Shown in pieces: positions 1 through 10,820 of a DNA stretch of 64,000 nucleotides. The translations under genes and the position numbers were made by a program. Location of the stretch: positions 8,633 through 72,632 of the forward strand of contig JBBRUX010000018.1 of assembly GCA_038247415.1 (NCBI GenBank), given 5' to 3'. The stretch's first letter is position 1. Each line of letters opens with the position of its first letter. The notes under the pieces are model-generated. The model was given only the letters and a program-made list of their open reading frames with translations, searched no databases and was not told the origin of the DNA. The stretch is from Chitinivibrionales bacterium. Its GTDB lineage: Bacteria; Fibrobacterota; Chitinivibrionia; Chitinivibrionales; WJKA01.

Positions 1-1
1 A

Positions 2-1240
2 ACCGCATCCATCAACCTCACAGCACATATCAATGAACCTGGAGTCGAATCGGTATTTATTGCCCCAGAACTGCTGCATTCGCATAGTGCAACAACTGCT
101 TCAGACGTCTATGCAATTGGCAAACTTCTGGTTGCGCTCTCCTGTTCCACAAACAAAACAGCATTATCTATCTCCGAAATTAAACACGCAGAACCTGTGT
201 TGACAAAAAAAATGCCCCGGGCATTTCTGGATCTCCTCGAAGCAACCACCGCTCAGGATCCCCAAGAACGTGTTCATTCCGCATTTGAATTTAGGGCATG
301 TCTCGAAAAAATTCATCGGGATAGCAGCAAGCTTACCCCTAAAGAAGTTATTTCCGATTTTCTGCACGGCGAAGATTTTATGCAGCATCGAAAAGCATCA
401 GGCATTCCGCACCTTGCCTTTTGGACAGCACTCGTTATTGTGGGACTAGGTGGTGCAGGATACCTCGGATCACGATTTTTTCCAGGAATCATTGGCCGTC
501 CAAGTTCTTCAGCAGTCGCTATGGTGCCAGTCAACGATTCAGCTTCATCCAATACTTCACACACAACAACGTCTGCCGAAAAGCCCATCGCACCTGCACC
601 CGGTTTATCCAGTGCTGCACCCAAACAGCAAACCGGACAAAACGATTCCACAGATTTTTTTGCTCATGAAAATGAGCCATCGGATGCTCTATCAACAAAA
701 AAGTCCTTCTTGAACATGCTTCGTGAACACTATGCAACATCAGATTTATCAATTATACTTGCTGGTGAACTTGCGAAAAAGAATTTTATTCGCGCTACCA
801 AAATTTGCGATAGTTTAACTCCAGTCCAACGTAACAAGCCGGAAATAATTTTGTATCAAATTAGAGCATATCAAGGCTGCAATGCGAAATCAAAGCTTAG
901 AAAACTCTTTGCTGCAACATCTCTCAATGATGCCGAACTCTACCTTGCTAAAGCTCAATTTCAGCTTTTTGAAAGCCAAATTTCTGCGGCATTGCAATCG
1001 ATTTCACTGTGCAAAAGTGCACCAGCGCTGCTATCAGATAAAAAAATCATCGAAAAAAGTGCTCTTTACACAGAAGCACTCTGCCTCTCCAAAATAGTTA
1101 ACATTTCACCAACCGATGCAAATAAGCAAGCAGCCCTCGAAAAATGGTTTACTGTAAAATCATCCTTTAGAGATAATCAAGCCTCACCATATTTTATTGA
1201 GGCAAACGAAAAAATTCGAATATACTCACAAGCAGAATAG
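2..1240 (+). CDS. Ser/Thr protein kinase, membrane-anchored with C-terminal TPR-like helical domain (5' truncated by window)
   Basis: Frame is open from base 2 and reads FIAPELL...SDVYAIGKLL...DPQER (Hanks kinase subdomains VIII, IX, XI), then a TM helix (LAFWTALVIVGLGGAGYL), a low-complexity linker and a helical C-terminus. Confidence 0.8.
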   Translation, partial: TASINLTAHINEPGVESVFIAPELLHSHSATTASDVYAIGKLLVALSCSTNKTALSISEIKHAEPVLTKKMPRAFLDLLEATTAQDPQERVHSAFEFRACLEKIHRDSSKLTPKEVISDFLHGEDFMQHRKASGIPHLAFWTALVIVGLGGAGYLGSRFFPGIIGRPSSSAVAMVPVNDSASSNTSHTTTSAEKPIAPAPGLSSAAPKQQTGQNDSTDFFAHENEPSDALSTKKSFLNMLREHYATSDLSIILAGELAKKNFIRATKICDSLTPVQRNKPEIILYQIRAYQGCNAKSKLRKLFAATSLNDAELYLAKAQFQLFESQISAALQSISLCKSAPALLSDKKIIEKSALYTEALCLSKIVNISPTDANKQAALEKWFTVKSSFRDNQASPYFIEANEKIRIYSQAE

Positions 1241-1252
1241 GACTTTCTTTAC

Positions 1253-2197
1253 ATGGCATTAAAAGCTCTTTTTACAACACTTGCAATTTCACTGGCACTC
1301 AATTCGACCGTGCAAGGCGCAGAATTCAAAACGCTCTCCGGAGAACTGCGCGATACATTGCACGCATCTCAAAACCCCTACCTGGTTACCAGCATAATTG
1401 TTGTCCCTTCTGGAGAAACAGTGATTTGTGAAGCGGGCGTTGTTTTGCTCTTTAAGGCTTTCACCGGTTTACAAATTCAGGGACAATTTCTTTCAGAGGG
1501 AACAGAAGAAAGCCCCGTTGTTTTCACTTCGGAAAATGACAAGGTTTTTGTGCCAACTTCAAAAATTAGTGCAGCATCATACGATTGGGATGGCATTTCA
1601 ATTGACGAAGCTTCTCTGGGGACAAAATTTCACCACACAAAAATACAATACTCACTCTATGGTATAAACGCTCTTAACGATCGATTTGAGCTTGATTCCT
1701 GCATCTTTACAGACAATGGAAAATCTGACTTGGTCATAAAAGGCAAAAAGCAAATTAAGCAAAAAGGCCCCGTTTCCTATAACCCCACGCCAGTCGTTGC
1801 AGCTTTGCCAAATACTGAACTACAACCAATCGTTCAAACATCACCTCCACAAGAGTTTACAGATACCAATAATAATCAACAAAAGTTATCAACGCCTTTG
1901 ATACCCGCGAAAAAAACTTCATCCGGAAAAACATTTTTCCGCATTGCAAATGGGTTGCTAATTGGAGGTGGCGGGGCTTTAGGAGTCTATGAATACTTGA
2001 ATTATCAAAAGTCACAAAGAGCATTTGCTGCAATCAATGATACGACTAATACCGCACATAATGGGAGTGCAAAAGAACAAGCCGATCGGTGGAACAATGC
2101 GTATCATCAAAAAAATCAAGATTTTATAGGCACACTCGCAGGTTGCGGCATTGCTGTGCTAGGGCTCATAGGTTTTACATTAACATTTGTTTTTTAA
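1253..2197 (+). CDS. Exported protein with short beta-helix-like N-terminal domain and C-terminal membrane helices
   Basis: Signal peptide; NPYLVTSIIVVPSG...GTEESPVVFTS...WDGI motif typical of right-handed beta-helix N-termini; two C-terminal hydrophobic segments. Confidence 0.6.
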   Translation: MALKALFTTLAISLALNSTVQGAEFKTLSGELRDTLHASQNPYLVTSIIVVPSGETVICEAGVVLLFKAFTGLQIQGQFLSEGTEESPVVFTSENDKVFVPTSKISAASYDWDGISIDEASLGTKFHHTKIQYSLYGINALNDRFELDSCIFTDNGKSDLVIKGKKQIKQKGPVSYNPTPVVAALPNTELQPIVQTSPPQEFTDTNNNQQKLSTPLIPAKKTSSGKTFFRIANGLLIGGGGALGVYEYLNYQKSQRAFAAINDTTNTAHNGSAKEQADRWNNAYHQKNQDFIGTLAGCGIAVLGLIGFTLTFVF

Positions 2198-2214
2198 CCA
2201 AAAGGATATTTATC

Positions 2215-5200
2215 ATGAAAATCGTTCATTTTTTTCGCGAAAAATTCGCACTAGTACTTCTTGTTCCGCTCTTGCTGGTGTGCACCGAACTCCAAAACCC
2301 CTATTTAATCACGGGCAAAGGCAATGTTACGGTAAACACACACGCGGTTTCCGCCGATTCTGCCATATCAATTTTTTCTACCTTTTCTATTGTCATGGGG
2401 GTCAATAATCCCACCGATATAGCGTCTATTACTTTGATTTGCACGAACAATCGACTCTGGACAAACGGTGATACAACTCTGGTAGGAGACCTACTACTGC
2501 CTTCAATTCCATTGTCAATTTCTATCACCGATACCGGTGCTCAGAGCATTGTAATTACCACACGGTTTGTTGCAGGAGATAGCACCCAGGCAACAATCCC
2601 TTTTAGAGCACAATCGCCACTTTCGCAAGCCGATATATCCTGCGCTCCTGGAGACTCCATGCTCCTTTCAACCCCGCCAGTTCTCGACAAGGCCACGTAT
2701 GTCTGGACATTCCCAAATGGGCAGATTATAGAGAGAGACACATCATTTTGTACAATACTTGCTCGCCAAGATTTCTCTTTTGGCTTTGGTACACTTTCTA
2801 TTACGGTAGACTCTTTGAGCTCTATCATGGATACCTTTGGCGTTATTGTCAAAGATACAAAGGCACCGGTAATATCATTTGTTGCAGATAGTAGCATTGG
2901 TGATACCATACTTACCAGTTTATCACAATTTAAAATCAAGGTTATTATTAAAGATGGTTCGGGAGAACTAAAAAACGTTTCTATCAATGGATTAGGATTT
3001 GATTCTATTCCCGCATCATCAACCGACAGCATATATTTAAAAACTATAACCAACCTCGACACTTCACATGCTCCATTACCCATTGTTATAAGCGCCGAAG
3101 ATCGAGCCGGCAACATTGCAACCGATACCATTTATATACGCTACGACAAACAAATCATTTCCATAGTTACCCCCCAAATCATATTTGCAGTGCCAGCAAC
3201 CGACACCTTGACAATTGGAGATTCCTCCCTAATCCTTAGGGGAACTGTGATAAAAATGGATCAGTACGACTCGCTTTATCTGTATATTCAAAAAAATTCA
3301 ACCTTTATTGCACATTCAATTATTATCCAGAAAAGCAACCCAGTTTTTTCATTCCCTATCACCGTATTAAGCGGATTAACAACTATTTCTGCAGTGGTTT
3401 CCCGGTCTGCTGCACAGGGTGCAGATAGTTTAGCGGCATCTTCACGTACACTTATTTATACACCTGGGGTTCTCGATAAAACGCCCCCCATCATTGCATC
3501 TGTTAAGCACAACGGAAAGGATATTTCCGGATCTTACACTGTCGACTCATCATCCATTTCTCTTACGGTAACAGCATTTGATGCAGGATCAGGCATTGCA
3601 GCGCTTTCAATGAATGGACAAGCTACAACTAAATCGACAGGAGAAACGTACAGCGCGCGAATTTCACTCACGCACAGTGCTGGTGGCAATACCATTTCCA
3701 TAGTCGCCACCGATTCGGCCAATAATACAACAACCCAAAATGTGTCAATTATAAAAAACAGTCGACCACACATTACAATGCTGCATACGCTATCCTACGC
3801 CCAAACAAAAACTCTCTTTGCAGATAGCATGAGAGCTGTTGACGTTGATGGCGACAATCTTTCGATGAAGGTTCAATTGACTTTAGCCAAACGAGACACG
3901 AGCATAACACTCTCTCCTAATGGCTTGTATTCTTTTACTCCTGATCCTGCCGACACTCTAAAACCTATCGTGGGTAAAGTAAGTGTTTTTGATGGATACA
4001 CTACAATAGATTCAACATTTATAATTGTAGTGCAACCACCGTTGGTAATACCAGTTCCTCAAGCCCGTTTTACTATCACTGCTGCTAATTTTCCCGAATC
4101 ACTTATGGTAGCACGTGATTCACTGAGAAAAGTGCTTTCTATCAATCAGTCTAATGCCGGGGGCAAATATCTCTTTAGCGCGCGTATTGTAAAAAGTAAT
4201 ACGGTTCTTCTGAATAATACCCTCGATAGCGTTCTTAGGTATATTCCAACCATTGCTGATACGGGTGCCCAAACACTTGAACTTGTAATTAAAAGTGATC
4301 TAACTCATTCGGATACCGTGCGTGTACCACTCAGGATTGTTATGCCACCTCCTGTTATAACCGTATCATTTGACAAGAATCTCTATTCTGGGTTAGAACG
4401 TAATAGTTTGTGTACGCTTACCCTTGCTGCCTCACTCCCTTTGCGAACACCTACACGGATACTTTTTGATATTGCGTCAACGTCAACTGCAAAAGCTCTC
4501 ATCAATTACAAGGCGCCAGACTCACTCGCCGTAACTCTTAACGCCGGTTCGCAAAAAGGGCTTATCATTTTTACTTTGCTTCGAGATAATTTGGTAAATG
4601 GCACCAAGACCATTGACTTCCGGCTTCTATCTGCTCCGAATGGGGTTTTGCTCGGAATTCCTTCAACCGCAACGTATTCAATTATTGATATTGATACCAA
4701 TGTAGTCAAGCCAGATACACCATCGGTCTCTTTTGTTAAAACCGATTCGAGTGGCGCTGAGACAAACACAACCATTACTGTTGGTATTGCGCTCTCAAAA
4801 AAAGCAACAGCTTCAGGATCTTTTACTATCAAAGCGGCTGGAAGTGCAACCCGAAGGCTTGACTATAATATTCTGGATAGCGCTATAGCATTTGTTGCTG
4901 GAGATTCTATTAAGCCAATTCGATTACAGATTTTAGATGACACCCTCTGCGAGTCAGCAAATGAAACTATTATTCTCTCGATTGCCACAACCGGCATGCT
5001 CAAACAAGGTATCAATAAGAATTATGTATATACCATTTTGCCAAGCGACACTCAGAAATGTAACAAAAACATTACTATGATTTACGGCGTTGGAACAAAA
5101 TACAAATCAGATTCGCTGATTGTCGATTCACTCAAATCATGGGGATTTTATGTAACACGTCTTAGTAGCGATAACATATCAGCTTCAGGAGTATTTGGAG

Positions 5201-5670
5201 CCAATTTGATTTTTGTCTCGCAGTCTGTTGCCGGCCCACTTAACTCAAACAATATCTACGATACTGACATTCCACTTGTATGCGCCAATAGCGAAGATTA
5301 CGTAAAATGCGGATTTGCGAAAGCTGCGGATACTGGTAGCGCAAAAGTTTCTCAATGCAAAATTATGGCCGGAAATCCAGTCTTTTCGCCCTACACTTCG
5401 GACATAGCTGTTAGACTCTCTGTAGATGTCGCTACGTATCCGTTAATCAATCTACCTACCAAGGGCATCATTGTGACCCAAAAAGTTACCGATTCTTCGA
5501 GAGCTGGCATTATCGCATTTTCACCAGGGATGTTTCTCGCAGACGGAAACGATTTAGTCGCACGACGGGGCACGTTCTCGATGGCGCACGAGGAAAATGG
5601 GCAAAGTGTCGTGTATCAACCACCCTTTTTCGATCTTCTTAAAAACGTAATTATCTGGACAAAAAATTAA
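2215..5670 (+). CDS. Large surface (lipo)protein with Ig-like/cadherin and Calx-beta-like repeats
   Basis: ATG at 2215 after AAGGA; LLLVC lipoprotein-like signal; DTKAPVI/DKTPPII Ig-like repeats, AVDVDGD, and Calx-beta-like VSF...E...D..E..ET segments. Confidence 0.65.
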   Translation: MKIVHFFREKFALVLLVPLLLVCTELQNPYLITGKGNVTVNTHAVSADSAISIFSTFSIVMGVNNPTDIASITLICTNNRLWTNGDTTLVGDLLLPSIPLSISITDTGAQSIVITTRFVAGDSTQATIPFRAQSPLSQADISCAPGDSMLLSTPPVLDKATYVWTFPNGQIIERDTSFCTILARQDFSFGFGTLSITVDSLSSIMDTFGVIVKDTKAPVISFVADSSIGDTILTSLSQFKIKVIIKDGSGELKNVSINGLGFDSIPASSTDSIYLKTITNLDTSHAPLPIVISAEDRAGNIATDTIYIRYDKQIISIVTPQIIFAVPATDTLTIGDSSLILRGTVIKMDQYDSLYLYIQKNSTFIAHSIIIQKSNPVFSFPITVLSGLTTISAVVSRSAAQGADSLAASSRTLIYTPGVLDKTPPIIASVKHNGKDISGSYTVDSSSISLTVTAFDAGSGIAALSMNGQATTKSTGETYSARISLTHSAGGNTISIVATDSANNTTTQNVSIIKNSRPHITMLHTLSYAQTKTLFADSMRAVDVDGDNLSMKVQLTLAKRDTSITLSPNGLYSFTPDPADTLKPIVGKVSVFDGYTTIDSTFIIVVQPPLVIPVPQARFTITAANFPESLMVARDSLRKVLSINQSNAGGKYLFSARIVKSNTVLLNNTLDSVLRYIPTIADTGAQTLELVIKSDLTHSDTVRVPLRIVMPPPVITVSFDKNLYSGLERNSLCTLTLAASLPLRTPTRILFDIASTSTAKALINYKAPDSLAVTLNAGSQKGLIIFTLLRDNLVNGTKTIDFRLLSAPNGVLLGIPSTATYSIIDIDTNVVKPDTPSVSFVKTDSSGAETNTTITVGIALSKKATASGSFTIKAAGSATRRLDYNILDSAIAFVAGDSIKPIRLQILDDTLCESANETIILSIATTGMLKQGINKNYVYTILPSDTQKCNKNITMIYGVGTKYKSDSLIVDSLKSWGFYVTRLSSDNISASGVFGANLIFVSQSVAGPLNSNNIYDTDIPLVCANSEDYVKCGFAKAADTGSAKVSQCKIMAGNPVFSPYTSDIAVRLSVDVATYPLINLPTKGIIVTQKVTDSSRAGIIAFSPGMFLADGNDLVARRGTFSMAHEENGQSVVYQPPFFDLLKNVIIWTKN

Positions 5671-5676
5671 TCTCAC

Positions 5677-5712
5677 AAAAAAAAGGCACTGTGTGTACCA
5701 CAGTGCCTTTTT
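5677..5712. terminator. Bidirectional intrinsic terminator
   Basis: AAAAAGGCACTGTG-tgtac-CACAGTGCCTTTTT between convergent genes. Confidence 0.85.
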
Positions 5713-5736
5713 AGAGATTTTAAAAAAGTCCAAAAA

Positions 5737-7116
5737 TCACGCCAAATCTTCTACCTCATCGTCTCCAAGCACTACCGCATATTCATGAAGTTTATTGCGC
5801 AATGTCCTAATTGAGATATCTAGCATTGCAGCCGTTTTTGTTCTGTTATTCCCGCATGCATTAAGCGTTGCAAGGATCAATTCTTTTTCTGCCAAGGCAA
5901 TGGTCATTCCTGGTTTTACAATACCATGATCCCCATCAGTACCCAAAGATTTTCTTGCCCGTAATGCCAAAAGCGAAGGATCGATTGATCCCGACCGGGC
6001 AAGGACAACAGCTCTTTCGATAGTATTTTCGAGTTCTCTAATATTGCCCTGCCATGCATGCTCACCAAGAACCGCCAATGCTTCTGCTGTTAATACATCA
6101 ACCGAAAATCCATTTTCATTATTAAATCGTTGCACAAAAAAATTGGCGAGCAGGGGAATGTCGGATTTTCTCTCTCGCAAAGGAGGTAGCTGTATATGAA
6201 AAACATTGAGACGATAATACAAATCTTCTCTAAAATTTCCTGCAGCTACTTCGCTTTCTAAATCGCGATTTGTGGTTGCAATAATGCGCACATCAACAGC
6301 CACTGGAGTCTCGCCTCCAACATTATCGATCTCGTGTTCTTGCAAAACGCGCAATAATTTTGCCTGCACCCCAGAAGGAAGCTCCCCAATTTCATCGAGC
6401 AGCAAGGTGCCCCCATGAGCAAGCTCAAATTTACCAAGTCGCCGTTTAATTGCACCAGTAAATGCGCCTTTTTCATGCCCAAAAAGCTCAGACTCGATAA
6501 GCCCCTCAGGTAGCGCGGCACAATTAATTTTCACAAAGGGGCCATTTGCCCTACGACTCTGGTAATGTATCGAGCGTGCAATAAGTTCTTTACCCGTTCC
6601 GCTTTCGCCCGTAATCAACACCGTTGATTTGCTGTCGGCTATTTTTTCAACAAGGGTTCGCACTGCGGATAAGCAATCGCTCTCGCCGATATAATTCCAT
6701 TGTCCCTTAAGCGCACTACGGAGCTGCTTATTCTCCTTAACCAACCCCCGATACTCTAAGAGCCTCTCCACAGTCATTTCGAGCTCTACGGGCAAGCTAT
6801 CAGATTTTTGCAGGTAATCGTTCGCCCCTTTTTTCATTGCATGAACCGCAGTTTCAACATCCCCAAATGCTGTTATTATTAAAAAAGGAACTTCGGTATC
6901 AGATTGCCTGATTTTTTCGAGAAGTTGAACGCCTGACATTTGGGGCATTTTCATATCAGAAATCACGAGATCGAAAGTATCTTCTGCAAACTTGATAAGC
7001 GCTTCGGGCCCATTTTTAGCTGCGGTTAAATCGTAGCCACGTCGTCTGAGGATTTCAAGAATTGAATCCCTAAAGAGAGAATCATCATCAACAACCAGAA
7101 TTTTTTTCTGTTCCAT
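5737..7116 (-). CDS. Sigma54-dependent response regulator (NtrC family; FlgR/FleR-like)
   Basis: REC domain (ILVVDDD, DMKMP), AAA+ GESGTGKE, GAFTGA, LLLDEIGE, FREDLYYRL, C-terminal Fis HTH. Confidence 0.95.
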   Translation of the reverse strand: MEQKKILVVDDDSLFRDSILEILRRRGYDLTAAKNGPEALIKFAEDTFDLVISDMKMPQMSGVQLLEKIRQSDTEVPFLIITAFGDVETAVHAMKKGANDYLQKSDSLPVELEMTVERLLEYRGLVKENKQLRSALKGQWNYIGESDCLSAVRTLVEKIADSKSTVLITGESGTGKELIARSIHYQSRRANGPFVKINCAALPEGLIESELFGHEKGAFTGAIKRRLGKFELAHGGTLLLDEIGELPSGVQAKLLRVLQEHEIDNVGGETPVAVDVRIIATTNRDLESEVAAGNFREDLYYRLNVFHIQLPPLRERKSDIPLLANFFVQRFNNENGFSVDVLTAEALAVLGEHAWQGNIRELENTIERAVVLARSGSIDPSLLALRARKSLGTDGDHGIVKPGMTIALAEKELILATLNACGNNRTKTAAMLDISIRTLRNKLHEYAVVLGDDEVEDLA

Positions 7117-7132
7117 ACATCCTCATAGGCGG

Positions 7133-8386
7133 TTAAACTTTTGACCGAGGCAAAAAAATCCGGATAGTGGTTCCCAAGCCTCGTTCACTGTCGACGGCGA
7201 TATGCCCCGAATGGAACTCTATGAATTTCTTCACGATAGCGAGCCCCAAACCAGTACCGTTTTCTTTTGTAGTATAAAACGGATCAAAGATCTTTTCAAG
7301 CATTTCTTTTGGAATTCCCTCACCGGTATCAATAATACAAAAAGAAACATAGCCAGATCTCACCGAATCGATTTCAATGCGAACCGTTAAAACGCCGCCC
7401 GAAGGCATTGCCTGGATCGCATTAAAACAAACATTCATGACTATCTGGTGCAACTTTTCGGGATCAGCTTCTACACAAATATCGCTACTGGCATCAAATT
7501 CCTTGCAAACCGTTATATTTTGACCCAAACGTTCGATCTCTATCTGAACAAAATCAGAAATTTCATCGAGCAAGCCACCCAGGGGAACAGGGCGAAGTTG
7601 CGCCTTAACAGGCCTGCTATACACGAGCAAATTTGAAACAATGCGATTAAGCCGTGCCAGGCCTTCAATAATGCGGGAAAGTGTTTTGCGACGGCTATCA
7701 GCAGGATCGATATCTCGTTCCAAAAGACTAGCCCACATTCCCATTGCGCCAAGAGGGTTACGAATTTCGTGTGCTACCGTTGCAGCCATTTCTCCTAATG
7801 CGGCCATGGTTTTTGCATGTCGCATATCGGCTTCTAAAGCCTTAATCCTAGAAATATCAGAAAATATTTCGACTGCCCCAAGAGTACCGCCATGGTCATC
7901 GGCTAAAAGCGCTGTCTGATACGAGACGGGCACCGGATGCCCATCCTTATGCCAAATTACCTTTTCGTCGCGAGACAGTTCTTTCCCATTTGCAAGTACT
8001 GTAAGAACCGATTGTTCGGAAGCTGCTTCGCAGGTAAATACGTCCCGAAAAGATTTCCCTAAAGTTTCTTCTATCGTAAATCCTGTTATATCCTTAGCAG
8101 CCCGATTAAATTGTGTAATGGTGCCCATCACGTCTACGCCAATAACACCATTATTCATGCTGGCTAGGATCGAATTGAGATATGTTTGAGTCTCTTCTTC
8201 TTTTTTAAGGCTTTCGGTAAGACGAGAATTGGTAGCCTCAAGCTCCAGATTCACGTTACGAAATTCACTTTGCATCTGCGCATATGCTGTGGCAAGAAGA
8301 TCGGCCCGTGATTGAAAATCTGCAAAGGCCTTGGTGAGTGCAGCAATCTCCTCGGGATGAGGAAGCATCTGGATCGGCTCATTCAT
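7133..8386 (-). CDS. Cytoplasmic PAS sensor histidine kinase (FlgS/FleS-like)
   Basis: N-terminal coiled coil, PAS, H-box AHEIRNPL, NAIQA, DTGEG, FDPFYTTK, GTGLGL; no TM helix. Confidence 0.9.
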   Translation of the reverse strand: MNEPIQMLPHPEEIAALTKAFADFQSRADLLATAYAQMQSEFRNVNLELEATNSRLTESLKKEEETQTYLNSILASMNNGVIGVDVMGTITQFNRAAKDITGFTIEETLGKSFRDVFTCEAASEQSVLTVLANGKELSRDEKVIWHKDGHPVPVSYQTALLADDHGGTLGAVEIFSDISRIKALEADMRHAKTMAALGEMAATVAHEIRNPLGAMGMWASLLERDIDPADSRRKTLSRIIEGLARLNRIVSNLLVYSRPVKAQLRPVPLGGLLDEISDFVQIEIERLGQNITVCKEFDASSDICVEADPEKLHQIVMNVCFNAIQAMPSGGVLTVRIEIDSVRSGYVSFCIIDTGEGIPKEMLEKIFDPFYTTKENGTGLGLAIVKKFIEFHSGHIAVDSERGLGTTIRIFLPRSKV

Positions 8387-8390
8387 GCCC

Positions 8391-8783
8391 TTATGCAGTC
8401 CCCTTTCCAGCTGCGCAATCGAGGTACCGCTTGAGCTGCCCTTCGATTTCTAAAAATTGACGAATAACAATCTCAATTTCTGATAATTTTGCATCGAACT
8501 CGCGCATACGCTGCGTAGGTTGTAACGTCGATTTAATGAGGGCATATTCCTGAATGGACGGGGCCATACGATTCCGCTCGGTCTCGACAGCAAGAAGAAT
8601 TTCCTGTTTGCGCGCCAAAGACACAAGAATAGGAGAGATATCTCCCCGAGAAAGGATAACTTTAGAGAGCGTTTTTTGAACTAATTCAACAAGCTTTAGA
8701 TACAGTGCATGCTGCGTACAAAATGAATTAAAAATATCCTCTACCAATGCCTGTTCGGATGCAGAAGCAATGTGTAAACTCAT
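8391..8783 (-). CDS. Small helical protein, possibly FlgN-like flagellar chaperone
   Basis: ATG at 8783 overlaps the upstream stop (ATGA); ~130 aa all-helical, with a YxxLxEL...I..L..KQ.IL...E.ER pattern. Confidence 0.45.
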   Translation of the reverse strand: MSLHIASASEQALVEDIFNSFCTQHALYLKLVELVQKTLSKVILSRGDISPILVSLARKQEILLAVETERNRMAPSIQEYALIKSTLQPTQRMREFDAKLSEIEIVIRQFLEIEGQLKRYLDCAAGKGTA

Positions 8784-10780
8784 TGCAATATTGCCTTGTA
8801 TTCGTTTTCCCATACTGCATCGTCCAATTTCCACTGGGCTTGCTTTGCCCAATAGTCATCGGGCCATTGCTTAATAAGACCTTTGTATGCATCTACAGCT
8901 TCTTTATACTTTTTAAGGTTTTTATTGCAATTACCCATCTGGAACAGGCCCCACGGAGTGTCCTGATACGAAGGATATTTCCGGGAGACTTTTGTATACA
9001 AGGCTAAAGCTTCCGTATATTTTTTCTCTTTATACCAGTAATCTGCTAGTTTATAGTATGAATCGGGAACGCGAACGTATACCCCATTTTTCTCCCCGAC
9101 GTCAGCAGCCTTTTCAAACGAACTAAGACCCATTTTACTATTCCCAAGTGTCATATACGTTAATCCGAGCTTGAACAGCGCAGATACCTGGTCAGATTTT
9201 GTGCGGCCCAAAGCTGCTGCCTGATTATATGCATCGATGGCTCTTGATTCCTGGTGTAAATCGCAATAAGCATCGCCCAATTTCATGTAAGCAGTTCCTA
9301 CCCATGCATTTTTAGGATACTTCACGATAAAATCTCTGAGCACCTTCTCGGCAATCTGGTGGTTTTTGCGTTCAGCGTGCGTAATTCCTTTTAAAAAGAG
9401 CGCCGATGGAGCAAGTTGATGGGCTGGGAATCGGGTCAGCAACTGATCAAACTGGTTCTCTGCATTCTCCCACAAGTTCATTTTAGTATAGCTTACCCCT
9501 ATATCATAAAGACATTGGGCAGTGACCTTTCCTGCGGGAAACGAGACCATAACCGAACGAAGCGATTTGATTGCATTGTCGTAATCGCCTTTTTTAAACT
9601 GCTTGACTGCAGCAAGCATAGCCTGGCCTGGGGCTGTAAGCGTATCGGCAATAGACATTGACAGCATAGAATCAATGGCAATTTCCAGTGGCGCATACGG
9701 GATATCGGGAATGATTTTTTCAACTTCTTTTTTAAGATCTCCTTCACCAATTTGCGCAATATTTACAGGCGGTTTTTTCTCTACACGTGGTATGGCCGCC
9801 TTCACTTCGCCTTTATAAAGCTCAATGAGGGATCGTGCACTTTCTTTACCTTCCTCATAGGAGGTCAAATCTATGTATTCTTCGAGATGCTTAATTGCTG
9901 CAGGAAAGTCCCGATCTTCTGCGCAAATTTTGCCAAGATAATAATGGGCATTATACCCAAGTTCTGGGTAGGACATAGAACGTTCGAAATTGTACTTGGC
10001 CATTTTGTTTTGTCCCAAACGTCGCCTCAAGAGACCTGCATAATAATAAGCTCCGGCATGATTATGCGCTTGCGCCAGGCATTGCTGTATTGACTTAAGC
10101 GACTCATCCCATTTTTGCTCGCCATACAGCCTAACACCTTCCACAAAAGCTGCCTCGGCAGCAGTATTATTTGTCAAAACCATTGGCTTTCGAGCCGATT
10201 TTTGCTCGGCAATAAGTTGTTCACTCGATTGTTTTTTTGCCATTTTCGCAGATTGAACAGTATCAGCTGGAGGTGGAGGTGCGGATTGAGCTGCTGCCAT
10301 TTCTCCCTCTGGATTTTTTCCCGTAACTTTTCCAATAAGTTTATTGATCCAGGTTTGCACCGAATCGCGTTCGGCAGGATCACAGGTTTGCTGATAGAGC
10401 TGAAGTTCCATAATAGATTTCTGGAATTGCCCATCAGATTCAAATCCTTCCGCCAGCATTTTATGCGCCTTTCCCCAACCAGGGTTATAGCTCAGCGCTT
10501 TTTTAAGATTGTAAATAACAAGACGAGGTCGCCCTTGGTCGCGAGAAATTTCTGCCAAATGCATATAGGCATTATAATTATCTGGGTAGGCAGCCAATAC
10601 TTTACGAAATTCTTCGGTTGCAGCATCATAATTTTTTTCGCGCTTGTATTTAATACCAAGCCGATAATGAATGTAATCGTTTGTTTCATCGGCTGCATCT
10701 TGTGCAAACAGCAAAGAAGCGCAATAAAAAAGCACCATCGCAAACATAGTTATACTTTTTAAACAACCAGCAACCTTCAT
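8780..10780 (-). CDS. Exported tetratricopeptide repeat protein (CpoB/BamD-like repeats)
   Basis: Signal peptide, many TPR motifs (e.g. ALFLKG, AYMKLGD, YPKNAW, WPDDYW). Confidence 0.85.
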   Translation of the reverse strand: MKVAGCLKSITMFAMVLFYCASLLFAQDAADETNDYIHYRLGIKYKREKNYDAATEEFRKVLAAYPDNYNAYMHLAEISRDQGRPRLVIYNLKKALSYNPGWGKAHKMLAEGFESDGQFQKSIMELQLYQQTCDPAERDSVQTWINKLIGKVTGKNPEGEMAAAQSAPPPPADTVQSAKMAKKQSSEQLIAEQKSARKPMVLTNNTAAEAAFVEGVRLYGEQKWDESLKSIQQCLAQAHNHAGAYYYAGLLRRRLGQNKMAKYNFERSMSYPELGYNAHYYLGKICAEDRDFPAAIKHLEEYIDLTSYEEGKESARSLIELYKGEVKAAIPRVEKKPPVNIAQIGEGDLKKEVEKIIPDIPYAPLEIAIDSMLSMSIADTLTAPGQAMLAAVKQFKKGDYDNAIKSLRSVMVSFPAGKVTAQCLYDIGVSYTKMNLWENAENQFDQLLTRFPAHQLAPSALFLKGITHAERKNHQIAEKVLRDFIVKYPKNAWVGTAYMKLGDAYCDLHQESRAIDAYNQAAALGRTKSDQVSALFKLGLTYMTLGNSKMGLSSFEKAADVGEKNGVYVRVPDSYYKLADYWYKEKKYTEALALYTKVSRKYPSYQDTPWGLFQMGNCNKNLKKYKEAVDAYKGLIKQWPDDYWAKQAQWKLDDAVWENEYKAILQ

Positions 10781-10820
10781 GAATACTCCTTAGCTATTAA
10801 CAATTATAATACTTTGCACA

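Noticed and set aside
10115..10762. Long antisense ORFs (also 2541-3131, 36969-37580, 46096-46641)
   Set aside because: They shadow well-supported genes on the opposite strand and have no recognisable motifs
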